Part shown: positions 36,770 to 48,600 of the stretch, piece after piece | Numbering within the stretch: position 1 is the stretch's first letter | Layout: every line of letters starts with the position of its first letter | Source of the DNA: Raja brachyura | Taxonomy: Eukaryota | Direction: 5' to 3' | Assembly (NCBI GenBank): GCA_963514005.1 | Contig: OY740801.1 | Location: forward strand, 13,640,001 to 13,704,000 | DNA: 64,000 nt | Program-made: the position numbers and the translations under genes | Notes under the pieces: model-generated | Database searches by the model: none | What the model saw: only the letters and a program-made list of their open reading frames with translations | Told to the model about the DNA's origin: nothing

Positions 36770-36893
36770 ATGGGGCGGAAGAAACAGTTTCAGAAGAAGG
36801 AGCGTGCTGGTCCAAAATGGAAAGATGGCCATCATAGAGAGAAGCACCAATCGTTTGAGACATTTGGAGAGGATCTTCATGATGCTCTGCAAG
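36770..36893 (+). CDS. TSR3: TSR3 first coding exon ([11 protein letters not shown]...DLHDALQ)
   Basis: ATG right after a ttgttcag acceptor; donor gtgcgt at 36894; 124 nt. Confidence 0.85.
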
Positions 36894-39800
36894 GTGCGTT
36901 ACCATGTCCTAACTCTAGTTTAGTTTTGGTTTAGAGATACAGCACGGAAACAGGCCCTTCGGCCACCGAGTCCACACCGACCAAATATCCCCACACACTG
37001 ACACTCTCCTACACACCAGGGCTAATTTACAATTATACCAAGCCAATTAACCTACAAACCTGTACGCATTTGAAGGGCCATAGAAAACTGGAGATCCCAG
37101 AGAAAACCCACACAGGTCACGGGGAGAATGTACAAACTGTGTACAGGCAGTACCCATAGTCAGGATCGAACCTGGGTCTCTGACGCTGTAAGGCAACAAC
37201 CACTGTGTCACCGTAAAGATCAAAACTTGTTTGGGGATACTATTGCCCTTTTAGCCCTTTGCATCTTGTGAGTGAGCATGATAATGCAGTGTTCTAGCTT
37301 CTGCATGGCGTGACTCTGCATTCAAGTAGAGTCCCTAATTGCCCCAACCAATTTTCTATGTTTTTATTGCACTGATAAATATGTATTATAGTGAAGAGTA
37401 GTTCATTTTCTGCATCCTTTCTTAGGAAAACATCTGAAGGCAATCAGGCTGAATAGTCAACCCCACTCTGCTTTGATTTTCAAATGTTTCCTTTGTTGAT
37501 AATGATGGCAACGCATGTGTTAATTTTGTGTGTGTTTGGTCTTTGACCTGTAGGTGTGGTTGATTTTCAGCTGTTGGAGATGGGCCATCTGAGGATGTAA
37601 CATGCCCCAAATTCCACTTCCCATGCCCGCTGGCCATGTGGGAACTTGGACATTGTGATCCAAAAAGATGCACAGGCAGGAAACTTGTTCGCAAAGGGTT
37701 TGTCCGCAATCTGCGCGTCAATGAGAGATTCAATGGAATCATTCTCACTCCTTTAGGAACAAAATACGTCTCCCCATCTGACAGGTAAATGAAACAAATG
37801 TTTAATAATATAAGATTGATTAACAAAATGTTTGTGCCTACTGCTTATCCATTGAAGGTCAATCAGTGCCGTGGTCATTGGGCAATGCTGCAGTCTGAAT
37901 GGAATTACAATTCGCTTCTTGTGATTGTATTGTTTTACCATGTCAGGTCTTGAGCGGTTAATTTTGGTAGAGCAATGGTATTGAGCATTTCTCCTCTGGC
38001 CCTGCTGCAAAGGTCTGCGAGTTTTGCCTGCTGTACAACTTGTAAACGGTAGTGGAATTAAATCTTGTGAGTCCTGTTTCCCTGTTGTCAGACCACGGCT
38101 CGCTGGGATTATTCCATTGATGATGTATGAAGTGTGAACATTGAAACATAAAATGAGTTGGTCACCTGATCTTTTTGAGACTGTGCTGTTGAGTATCTTC
38201 ATGGCTGATCCTCTATCTCTTTATCACGTTCCTGCACTCTCCCCATATCTCTCTGCCCTTTGTGCCTATAGCCCTTATATCCACCTGAAGCTGTAACTTT
38301 GTTTTTCCCCCCTGCACAGATATTTCCTGAATGTCTGCTTTTCAGTGTTCCAGGTCATGTAATATTTTACTTTTGAATTCCATTTGAGTTGGTCCTCAAT
38401 GCTGGCACAGTTTAGTTCCGATCAAGTGCAAATTAGGACCCTCAATCTGCACTTTCTACCTCTCCAGAGAGATCGTGGAGCAACGAGGTGTGGCTGTTAT
38501 TGATTGTTCCTGGGCTAAATTAGGGGACACTCCGTTCTCAAAGATGAAGGGCAGACATCCCCGGCTCTTGCCCCACCTTGTTGCTGCTAATCCAGTCAAT
38601 TATGGGCGACCCTGCAAGCTTTCCTGTGTTGAGGCATTTGCTGCCACGTTCGCCATTGTGGGTAAGTTGGAGGAACAGTCTGGACCAAGTTTGAGATATG
38701 TCCTTTCTGCAGATGCAATCTGCTCCCTCTAGACTGATTCAAGTTGTGTTGGCGTACAGATTGGATGCAGTGCTCAGGAGGCAGGTAGAAAGAAGTACAG
38801 ATGGGGGAATATGGGTAGAATATTGGAGCAGGGCATAATGGGTGGGAATGAAGGCACCTGGGTGTGGAGGAAATGACTGGTGTTGTTTTCTAAGGTAAAT
38901 GGAAAGTTGTGGGACTCAGTTACTGGAGGTCAAACAAGGGGTCCTGGTATGGGAGTGGGCGAATATAAGAGTTGGTACGTTACGGGAATATAAAGATGGG
39001 TCTAGGACACTGAAAATTGGGGGAAGATTGATCTGTCTTTGTCACAATGTTTGGTTCTTGCAGGTTTTCCAGAACTGGCTGAGATTCTACTAGAGAAATT
39101 CAAATGGGGGAAAACGTTCTTGGACCTGAACCAAGTAGCACTGGAGAAGTATAGTGCATGCCAGAATGAGGCAGACGTCCATCAAGCTGAGGAGGAGTGG
39201 CTTTCTGCAAAGCCTGAGCCAGAAGAACTGGAAGGTGAAAATTTTGGCTTTCTCTGCTTTATGTAGGTGCAGCCTCTGTGGTCCTGGGTATTGACAGAAC
39301 ATACAAGCGTGGTCATGTTTCAGCAGTTGCTTCTAGATGGTGACCATCAACTGTGCTCCCTCCCTCGGGGTACCAGTGAAACCTAGTGGGAGTTTGCCCC
39401 TTCAAGAGAAAGTTGAGTGAATGTAAAGTAACTGGAAAATATGTTCCATTATTAAAACAGTTTCTCTTTTGCAGATCCATTTGATGTCGATTCAGGAAAA
39501 GATTTCTGTAATCTTAATAAGCCTCACCTTGGAAGGTAAGGGCAAAGCATGCACGCACATTCTAAGTTGTCATAATTTGACTTGTTTGATGTTGGGTCTA
39601 CCTATGGAAACTCGTAGCCCTTCAATATCACCAACGTGTTTTGATAGTACGCTGGGTTGTAATACCTTAGTATCCTGTTGCACCTAAGGGCCTTTATTGT
39701 TTACAAAGTCAATTAGAGCAGCCTTAATGTAAGACAATGCATCCTGGTGTTTAATTACTGATGGGAAAGAAGCAATTCTAACTTTATGGTTGAAGAGAGG

Positions 39801-41582
39801 TGGAAGGTACCAAGGAGAAAATTCCATTGTGACTAATTACATCAGCACTAGGTCTCATATATTAATTGTCATGGACAGGTAGCAGCATTGCAGGCACGTA
39901 GACTTGGACAACACACAGAAATAGAGATTGTGTATAAATTATCCAAGACAGTGAGAAGTAAAAGATTGCACAAAAAACGAGATTCTTGCAAAAGCAAAAT
40001 TAGGAAACAACCCCACGGTAGTCCATAGTGCTCTTTTACTGAGGTGGAATTCGAGTTTTGCAGGTCGGTTCAAGTTCCTGGTCACCGAGGAGATGTTACC
40101 GACACTCACTGATCGAGGTCTGCCATGAGGAAGTCAAGGATCCAGTTGCAAAGGGAGGTAGGGAGGTATGGAGGCCAAGTCCTGAAGCTTGGTGATGAGT
40201 TTGGAGGGGATGAACATATTGAACATTGAGCTGTAATCAACTATTGTGTATATGTCCCTGTTATCCAGATGGCCCAAAGCAGAGTGGAGAGCCAGTGAAA
40301 TAGCATCTGCTGTAGATCTAGGAAAATGGAAGTGGATCCAAGTCATTTGTGAGGCAGAAGTTGATTTGCGGCATAACCAAACTCTAAGCTCTTCATTATG
40401 ATACATGTACGTGTCATGGGACAGTGGCCATTAAGGAAGATAACTTGCATTTATTGGGTACCAGTGTCAGAGGCCCTTTTAAACGAGGTGGGAACCTTAG
40501 ACACCAGAAGCAAGAGGTTGAAGATGGTCCTCGAACACTCCAGTCAGTTGGTCCACACAGGTCTTTAGCACTTGGGACGATATGTTGCCTGGGCCAGACA
40601 TTTTGTGTGGATTCACCCCCAATGAATGATGTTCTGAAATTGGCCTCAGAGACTGAGATCGCAAGGTTGTTGGAGGCTTGTGTAGGTGCTATATCATTCT
40701 CCATTTCAATGCATAAAAACTATTTGGCTCAATTAGAAGTGATGCCATTTATGCTTCTTGGTTTTACCTTGTAGAAAATAATAACTTTCAAGACTGCCTC
40801 AACCGTTGAGTGTTCGTGTGTGATTCAAGCTTGGTCGAGTATTGTCTCTTTATGCTCAGAACCTCCTTAAGAGGTCATTACTGGACGACTTATATGACTG
40901 GATCCCCAGTTCAAAATGGCACAGATCTAGCCTTCAGCAGATTGTAAATCTCCTGGTTCATCCGGGACTTCTGCTTAGGGAAGAATTTTATCAAATTCTA
41001 TCCAAATGCTTCTGTCCTAACTGCACTGTTATTGATGGCATCCCTTGAGCATCTATCCTTGGACTCTACTTGTTTCTCTGTTATGATCCTCGAGATGGCC
41101 ATGTGGATGCAGATAGTACTTGACCTTGTGTCTCGTCAAAGGAACTTGTTTCCAGAAATGGGAGTGACTTCCCAAGGCAACACTGAGTGCTATGTGAAGG
41201 CCCCTGTTAATTTTTAATCCCATAGGAATTGAATTTAGTTTAGTTTATTGTCACCTGTACCGAGGTACACCTGTTAACCAGTCAGTGGAAAGATAATACA
41301 TGATTACAATCGAGCCATCCACAGTGTACAGATACAATTGAGAAAACCTTGCTGCATTCCCTTACGTCTTTCCCTTAATGTCATTTAAGAGCTGTAGAGT
41401 TTGAAGAAGGAAGTGATGAAGATTCTGAAGAAGAAGAAGATGAAGAAGAAGAAGAAGAAGACAAAGATAGTAAACCAGATGAAGGAAATGAAGCAGGGGT
41501 TTGCAGTGAACACGAAGAGCAAACTGGCTGCAGTGAGGAGGAGCAACGTGCTGGAAAGACGATGGGTATTGCAGAAAGCTGA
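36770..41582 (+). CDS. TSR3: 18S rRNA aminocarboxypropyltransferase TSR3, complete; exons 36770-36893, 37571-37784, 38468-38661, 39064-39234, 39475-39535, 41390-41582 (318 aa)
   Basis: Translation has [78 protein letters not shown] and an acidic tail, which are TSR3 signatures; phases consistent. Confidence 0.95.
36917..37213 (-). mobile_element. tRNA-derived V-SINE (HE1-like) in a TSR3 intron
   Basis: TTTAGAGATACAGCACGGAAACAGGCCCTTCGGCC...GGATCGAACCTGGGTCTCTGACGCTGTAAGGCAAC. Confidence 0.8.
37571..37784 (+). CDS. TSR3: TSR3 coding exon 2 ([19 protein letters not shown]...)
   Basis: cag/gtaaat, 214 nt, phase 1-2. Confidence 0.93.
38468..38661 (+). CDS. TSR3: TSR3 coding exon 3 (VAVIDCSW...[10 protein letters not shown]...)
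   Basis: cag/gtaagt, 194 nt, phase 2-1. Confidence 0.95.
39064..39234 (+). CDS. TSR3: TSR3 coding exon 4 ([23 protein letters not shown]...)
   Basis: cag/gtgaaa, 171 nt, phase 1-1. Confidence 0.93.
39475..39535 (+). CDS. TSR3: TSR3 coding exon 5 ([20 protein letters not shown])
   Basis: cag/gtaagg, 61 nt, phase 1-2. Confidence 0.92.
40060..41050 (-). mobile_element. Decayed Rex1/Babar-like LINE RT fragment in TSR3 intron 5
   Basis: [24 protein letters not shown]...[21 protein letters not shown] peptide. Confidence 0.7.
41390..41582 (+). CDS. TSR3: TSR3 terminal coding exon (acidic tail [25 protein letters not shown]...IAES*)
   Basis: aag acceptor 41387-41389 gives the correct phase; (GAA)n-rich; TGA at 41580-41582. 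Confidence 0.75.
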
Positions 41583-42199
41583 GGGTGAATGTAATGATGA
41601 AGAACTCTGCAAGAGTTGTCTGGAGGCTTCCTCCCTGTTTAGACAACTTCTTAAAAAAGAACATTTCCAAATCTGTTCCAAATAGTTATTTATAAATAAT
41701 AGCTGGGTTCTATATAGAGCACTGCTTTTTTGGTCAAATAGGGCTTGCAGTTTTGCAAGCCCTAATGCAACGAATAATCAGCCCATTTAGCCCCTCAAAT
41801 CTAATCTACTGAGCACCGAGTTTACAGTGATCTGTTTTTCTTTTAAAGCTCATTTTCTTTTTGCATTTATTGGTTCCAAATTTCTATCATGGGTGCAGAT
41901 GTATTTTCAAGTACAGTCTTGAATAACCTTGGCCCAATTCGTAGCCATGTTTCAAAGCTCAAATCACCCTTTAACCTTCAGAATTCCAGAGAATACGTCC
42001 CTAGTTTCTGCAATTTCTCTCTGATCTAGAACTTAGTCCAGGTACATTAACCCTGCACTTGCTCCACAACAGAATTTTATGCAAATACATGGTACACTGG
42101 ATTTCACTCATCACTCCAAATATGATTTATCCAGGGCTTAGTAAAGCTGTAGGATAATGTTATTTCCCTGTATCCCAAGTATAAAGACCTGCATTTCAT

Positions 42200-42331
42200 G
42201 GTTGACAAAAATGCTGGAGAAACTCAACGAGTGAGGCAGCATCTATGGAGCGAAGGAAATAGACAAAGTTTTGGGCCAAAACCCTTCTTCAGACTGATCA
42301 GTATCCAGCATCTGCAGTTCCTTCTTAAACA
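42200..42331. mobile_element. Penelope pLTR-derived insertion with internal inversion
   Basis: ACCTGCATTTCATGG direct repeat at 42187 and 42332; same family sequence. Confidence 0.7.
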
Positions 42332-45300
42332 ACCTGCATTTCATGGGTTGTTTTCATTAACTTCTGTCGCAGTTATTTTAACACAGGATATTAAGAAACA
42401 GTTTTCATGCACCCATAACAATCTAGTATTTCTAGCCATTTAGAAAATACTGCTTTATTTTTGGGGGTTCCAAATCAGCGGTCTTCTATACTGTGATGCA
42501 TTTGTTACAGTTATTCATTCACTTTATTGATACGTCATTATAATTTAATGCTGCCTTCAACACTACTTTCAATGCTGTCTCTATCTCGGCAAACTTGAAC
42601 ATATGGTGGCTTATCCCATTAATGAGGCGAATGGCTGTGGTGCCAACATACATGTTGAGAGTCAATTTGCTATGAACATTTGAGATTGAAAGAGACTAAT
42701 CAGCTCATCATGTCTATGGTGATAAAAAAAACCAGAAAGCATGGTAATGTCTCCTATCATTATGATGTCTGAGGTCTATAGTGTAGCAGTCAAAAGTTAA
42801 AAACCATCAAGGCTAAAGAAGGGTCTGACCGCTGAAGTTACTCCAGCACTTTGTGTCCTTTTGTGTAAACCAGCATCTGCAGTTCCTTGTTACTACTTAA
42901 AAACAACCATGCAGCGGCAAAGAGTGGACAGTATCTCGGTTTGAATAAACATTTGGAGGTTTTGAGAAGTCATCGTTGGCAATTAAACAGTGAAATAAAC
43001 AGAACTATAGATTAAGACTCGATTTTAAAGAGATTAAGCAATTATGCTGCAAAGTAACATTCCCATCGTGAAGTTGCCAAGCTGCGCTGGAACTCAAGAT
43101 CCAAGAGGACTATTAAGTTAAAAACAAGAAGACAGCAGTCATCTAGTTGCAGAGAGTTATGAAGCAATGCCTCTTCTCTGAAACATCTTCCATGGCATTC
43201 AGGGCCTCAACAACTGACCGAATAGTTGGATGTTACTGTGATGATAAGAGATATCTAAAATAGACACAAATATTGATGTGCTTTAATCTCAGAGATCACA
43301 AGGAGCTGAAGGGTCTGGAAAGCAGGATTTAACTCCCTACCAGACCCTAGAATGACAGAACAGGATTGCAGTGAGAATCTGAAGCTAACACTCAGAAAAG
43401 AAGACCCTTGGATGTAGGATTTGGAGAACAAGGCTGACTGAGACTGTTGCTTGGTTGGGCTGAATGTTATGCAAACATTGGAGTGTTTGTACTTTACATT
43501 TGCAATGGAGAGTTTAAATAAAGCTAAATATATTTTTATCATTTGTGAAGGATGTATTTCTAATGCATGTTTGGCACCATATTGCTTACAGGTTGTGGCT
43601 CTTCAAACACAGCCGCGTCAATTTTTAATGTTATTGTGATTTTCTGTTTTTCCAGCCTTTTCAAACTGTGTTCCAGTCCTCTACTGCCCTCTTAAAAATA
43701 TGTGATGGGAAGTAATCTCTCCAATTTAGTTTTAGGCTTATCAATAACTGTATACACCAAAATTAAATATATATTTGCCACCCCCCCCCCCCCCCCCTTC
43801 TAATGTATTATAAGTTGAGGGTGTTTTATTGTCATATATAAAGCTTTCTTTTGTCACGGCCAACTGCAAGTTATTTTTTGTCATCTGTAAATTTCTTTAT
43901 CATTTGTCACCCATTGCCAAACCCCAAACCAGTATCAATATTCAATCATCTATGTCATGAATGTATATACTACAGACAGCGAGCAACCTGGGGTGCTGAT
44001 CCCAGTGGAAATGCACTGAAAATGTTCTTCTAGCTGAAAATAGCAATACCTCAACCTTAGCCATTACATGCGGGCAAATTGGTTTTCAATTTGCCACACT
44101 CTCTTGCACTCCCTTGTGCTTTATATTTTTGACCAGCTTGTCTTGTGGTTTCAAAAGCCACATAGAAATCTGTGTGGACTACACCAAAGTATCTGAGCTC
44201 TGACCGAGTGCGTTTGACCTGAAACCTTAACTGGTGTTTCTCTTTCCACAGATGCTGCTCACATGCTGTGTGTTTTTAGCATTTTCTGTTTTGATTCAGA
44301 TTTCCAGCTTCTGCAGGTTCTTGACTTTTATAAGCATTAATAGTCTGCTATCCTTCCAACAGCCTTCATTCTTATCATCATATGTAGAGTTTACATTGTT
44401 CTCATTTTCAGAAGCAGTTTCTGTAAATGTTCTTGCTCTACCTTACTTGGTTATCCTTTACTTTGTGTGTTATCAGTTAAACCAACCCAATTCTGTTGGC
44501 AAAAACTATTTCCCCAATTTTGTTTTGGAGTGCCTCCAACTCTTCTCTAGTTCAGAGTCAGATAGATTAAAAATCTAGCTTGAATGTCCATTCACGTTAA
44601 TCTCACAGGTCACATTAATTTGCTCCGTTCTTTAACGCAGGTAATTTGCAATTATAGATGGGACTTTGTGCATGTTGAATTAGTTGGGAATGTAATCATT
44701 AGCTGTGATTCGGACAGATGTAGCCAGGCAGCTCACAATAAAATTAAGCAATTAAATTGTATGGTATTGGTAAATGTGGACTGGTGTGCAGGAAGTGTGG
44801 AGAAGCACTGTGCTGCACCTACAGTCAACGCACTTTTAACAACCTGAAAGCAGAGGTAGGATCTTGGCTTAAAATCACACCAGGACAAAAAAAAGTTTCA
44901 TTTGAATAATTCTTTTAAACATTTACAAAATTACAATTACAAAAATCTGACAATTTTGGACCAAGTTATCACAATTTTTCAACATTTCTCTGCAATAGAC
45001 AAGTCACTGAATTTCATTAAAAAAAAACCACACTTAACATTGATTTTCTATTCTATAGGAATAAATTGGAGTTACATCACTCTAATGGCTGCCTACACAG
45101 TGGTAAGAAGCTTCAGATTGTATTCAAAATTTCAAGAGATTAGGATCTACTACATTATTTTCACAATGATGACAGTGAGATGCAATAGCAGTGGATAAAT
45201 ACTGCATTTTCTTCCCACCCCCCCACCTTGGCACTGGTTTTGTTCCCGACTACACTGGATTGCTATCACTGCCATAACCACTGGATCACCTCCACAGCAA

Positions 45301-45573
45301 TGGATCAATATTATCCCCACTGCACTCGATCATCCCTGTGCAATGGATCATCATTTCCCTGCATGATTCTGGAGCAATATCACTGTCTTCTTGTCCGTGC
45401 ACCTCGACAATATTGCTTCACGTGGCACTGGGTCAAATTGTCTTTTGCCCTCCCTTTTGGGCGAGATGTTGAGGATGTCTGAAACAACTTCAATGTCACA
45501 TTTACAAACCATGACTCCAACACTTGATGCATTTTGGAGCATCTGAATTTTATACTCTTAAAATTAGCTTGCT

Positions 45574-45674
45574 TTACTCTGGAGACACTTCCATCTCCTT
45601 CATCATCTTGACAAAGTCCTGTGCTTCTCTATCACCAGGGCGTCCTTCCAGTATCTTCACGATTGGCTTCATCA
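45574..45674 (-). CDS. BAIAP3: BAIAP3 terminal coding exon (VMKPIVKILEGRPGDREAQDFVKMMKEMEVSPE*)
   Basis: cag acceptor, TAA at 45576-45574, in phase. Confidence 0.92.
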
Positions 45675-48600
45675 CTGCAAAAAAAGAACTGTCCTTAAAA
45701 TCAAGTAGAGAGTGCGTCTATCACAGAAGTAGCCGGGAAACCAAATAGCCAGAAATCCCAACGTAACAGTTCAATGCTTTTAGCAGTACGGGGAATGTTT
45801 TGGTTCATGTTCTTGGTTCATGTTGGTATACACATCTGCCAGCAGGACATTAGTAAGGAGCACGTAATACACAGGAACAATCTCTCCCAGTTACCAGTAC
45901 TCGACAACGCCACCAGCATAATCGAGGACGTATCATCTTCCCCCCTCTCCCATCAGCAAAGAGGTACAGAAGTGTGAAGACGTATACTTCCAGATTCAGG
46001 AACAGTTTCTTCCCAGCTGTCATCAGGCAACTAAATCACCCTATCAACAACTAAAGAGCGGTCCTGACCAACCATCTACCTCATCAAGGGAGGTGATATT
46101 GAAGGAGAAATCTGGAATTTTAAAGTGAATCTCAGTCCTAATACAAGTCCGTTCTAGATTTTGGAGATACCATTGTATATTGCATTCTAATTCATCCCTC
46201 ATCATAACGAGGCAAATGGAGTCCTGATGAAATGCATTTCTTGTCTATCTTCGGTATAAACCAGCATCTGCAGTTCCTTCCTACAAAATCCTCTTTATGT
46301 GCTATCCAGGCAAATCATACTATACATAGCTACACAAGAGAGAAAAAGAAACAATGCAGAATGTGGACACGTGCATTGTAAAATAAAACATTGGTGTATT
46401 TTTCAACATATGAGTAGATCAAACTTTAATATCTTACCAGTGGAGTCAGGGTGTGTCAGTTTTAGAAATATCGGGGAGACATTTTTGATTCCACCGGCGA
46501 CGGCAGGTTTCTGTAACCCATGAATCTCCTGTAGCAACAATACAGCCTCTCCTGCAAAGTCATTAGTTGAAAGCCAGTCATGGTCCATGACTGTGAAGTG
46601 AATACAAGCTATGTCGTTGCTGCACTTCTCCGACACCGTGCTGAAAGAAAGTCACACTGTAGTAAGCATTGAAAAGTACAATCTTCCCTCTAAGTCTGAG
46701 ATGGGTATCAGAGATAGGTAGATAGACACAAAATCTAACTCAGCGGGACAGGCATGGGTGACGTTTCGGATCAAAATCTTTCTTCATCGCCCAATGATTA
46801 ATGTGCAATCATTAGGTAATGTACAATCATTAATGTCACACCGCTGAAATTGTAGCAGAGTTTGATCATGCAGTGTGGAGAGTACATTACACTTCTTCCT
46901 AAACGCAGTCTTTCTCATTGGAAGAATTTGATAAAATTATGTTGAAATAACTTTAACCTCTGCTATACCTGCCCTGCGAGTATTTGATGAAATAGAGGCA
47001 GTGCAGAAAGAACTTTATTCTGTAGCTAACCTATACTTTACCCATGCGGTAGAAGCTAATTTCAGATAACCCTTGCATTCCCTCTCTGTATCTGTCCCTC
47101 CCCCACCCTACTAGTTTCACTGTTGTCCTGCATAGTTCATATCTGTTCATATCTCCTCGTAATCATCTTTTCCACAGCCAACAATGAACCATTGTGGACT
47201 TCACCTTCCCTTGATCATTGGTGCTGGGTTTGATTTATTCATTCCATACATTTCATTTGTTCGTTCTTTGTAACTTTTCATACCTATAGCTTCCCTCTCC
47301 CCTCTCTCTGCCTGAAGAAACCTATTCCTTTTCACCAGAGAAGCTGCCTGACCAGCTGAGTTACTCCAGCATTTTGTGTCTATTGTTACCCAAGAATGTT
47401 TGGTGGGACAGTGTAGAGGGAGCTTATTCTGTATGTAATATGTTTTGTATCTGTCCTGAGAGAGACATTGGAGGAAGTTTACGGTAGACAAAAGTGCTGG
47501 AGAAACTCAGCGGGTGAGACAGCATCTATGGAGAGAAGGAATAGGCAAAGTTTCTGGTCGAGACTCTTTTTCAGACCGATGTCGGGGGGGGGGTGGAAAA
47601 AAAGGAAGAGGTGGAGACAGTAGGCTTGTAAGGTGCAGTTTCTCCAATTTGCGCAGGGCCTCACTCTGGCAATGGCGGAAGCCCAGGGCAGAAAGGTCGG
47701 ATTCGGAATGGGAGGGGGAGCTGAAGCGCTGAGCAACCGGGAGATCAGGTTGGTTATTGCGAACTGTGCGGAGGTGTTGGGCGAATCGATCGCCAAGCCT
47801 GCGCTTGGTCTCACCTGCATTTTATCAACCCAGTGCATGATGAGAGAAAGGATGCAGTAATTTAGAAAGCTGAAGAAAAATACTAACAAGGTAAACTGCT
47901 CATCGAAAATAGGGTGCAGTGTTTTATTCTTGACTTGTGTTCGCTGGCTCTTTGCTCCTGGGAAGATGTGTTGAGGAGCGAGTTCGATGATGACAAATGG
48001 ATCACTGAGGCCTGTAAACAGGGAGACCAAGATAATAGTCAATCATCAGCTTCACATATCCACACCTCATCCCAGCCTAGCCCGAAAAAATAATAGACTG
48101 GATTCTTGCAAATTACAACATTTGAAGATCGTATTCTGACTGACCAGTTGAGCCCCACATCTCAATAAATAATCATAGTGGGACCAAATTTAGCACCTCC
48201 GTTTTGGAGTGAATTTGGAAACTGATGGCTAGAACAGTGGCACAGCGGTAGAGTTGCTTCCTTACAGGTCCAGAGATCCGGGTTCGATCCTAACTACAGG
48301 TGCTGCCTGTTCGGAGTTTGCACGTTCTCCCTGTGACTGGATAGGTAGACCAGAATGGCTAAATTTGTGGATTTGAAGAGACTAGGTTTGATCAGTCTTT
48401 AATGACCAGAAAGAGTTTTTGTCATGATAGGAATATTACAAATGTAAACACTGCTGGTTGCTCTGTCAACCCCACACCCTTTCGACAGCTTCATTTCAGC
48501 TTGGCCCTGGAAGTAAAGGCTTGTCAACTGAACCTCAGCACTGGCAGCTCACAGATAAAAATCAAATGGAGAAGGTCATGAAAACAATTCAGACTAGTTA

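Noticed and set aside
37554-37570. Upstream TAG acceptor for TSR3 coding exon 2
   Set aside because: It adds 17 nt and breaks the frame; the CAG at 37568-37570 keeps it.
41401-41685. Lys-rich ORF ([11 protein letters not shown])
   Set aside because: Alternative frame of the (GAA)n tract in the TSR3 last exon; splice phase supports the acidic frame.
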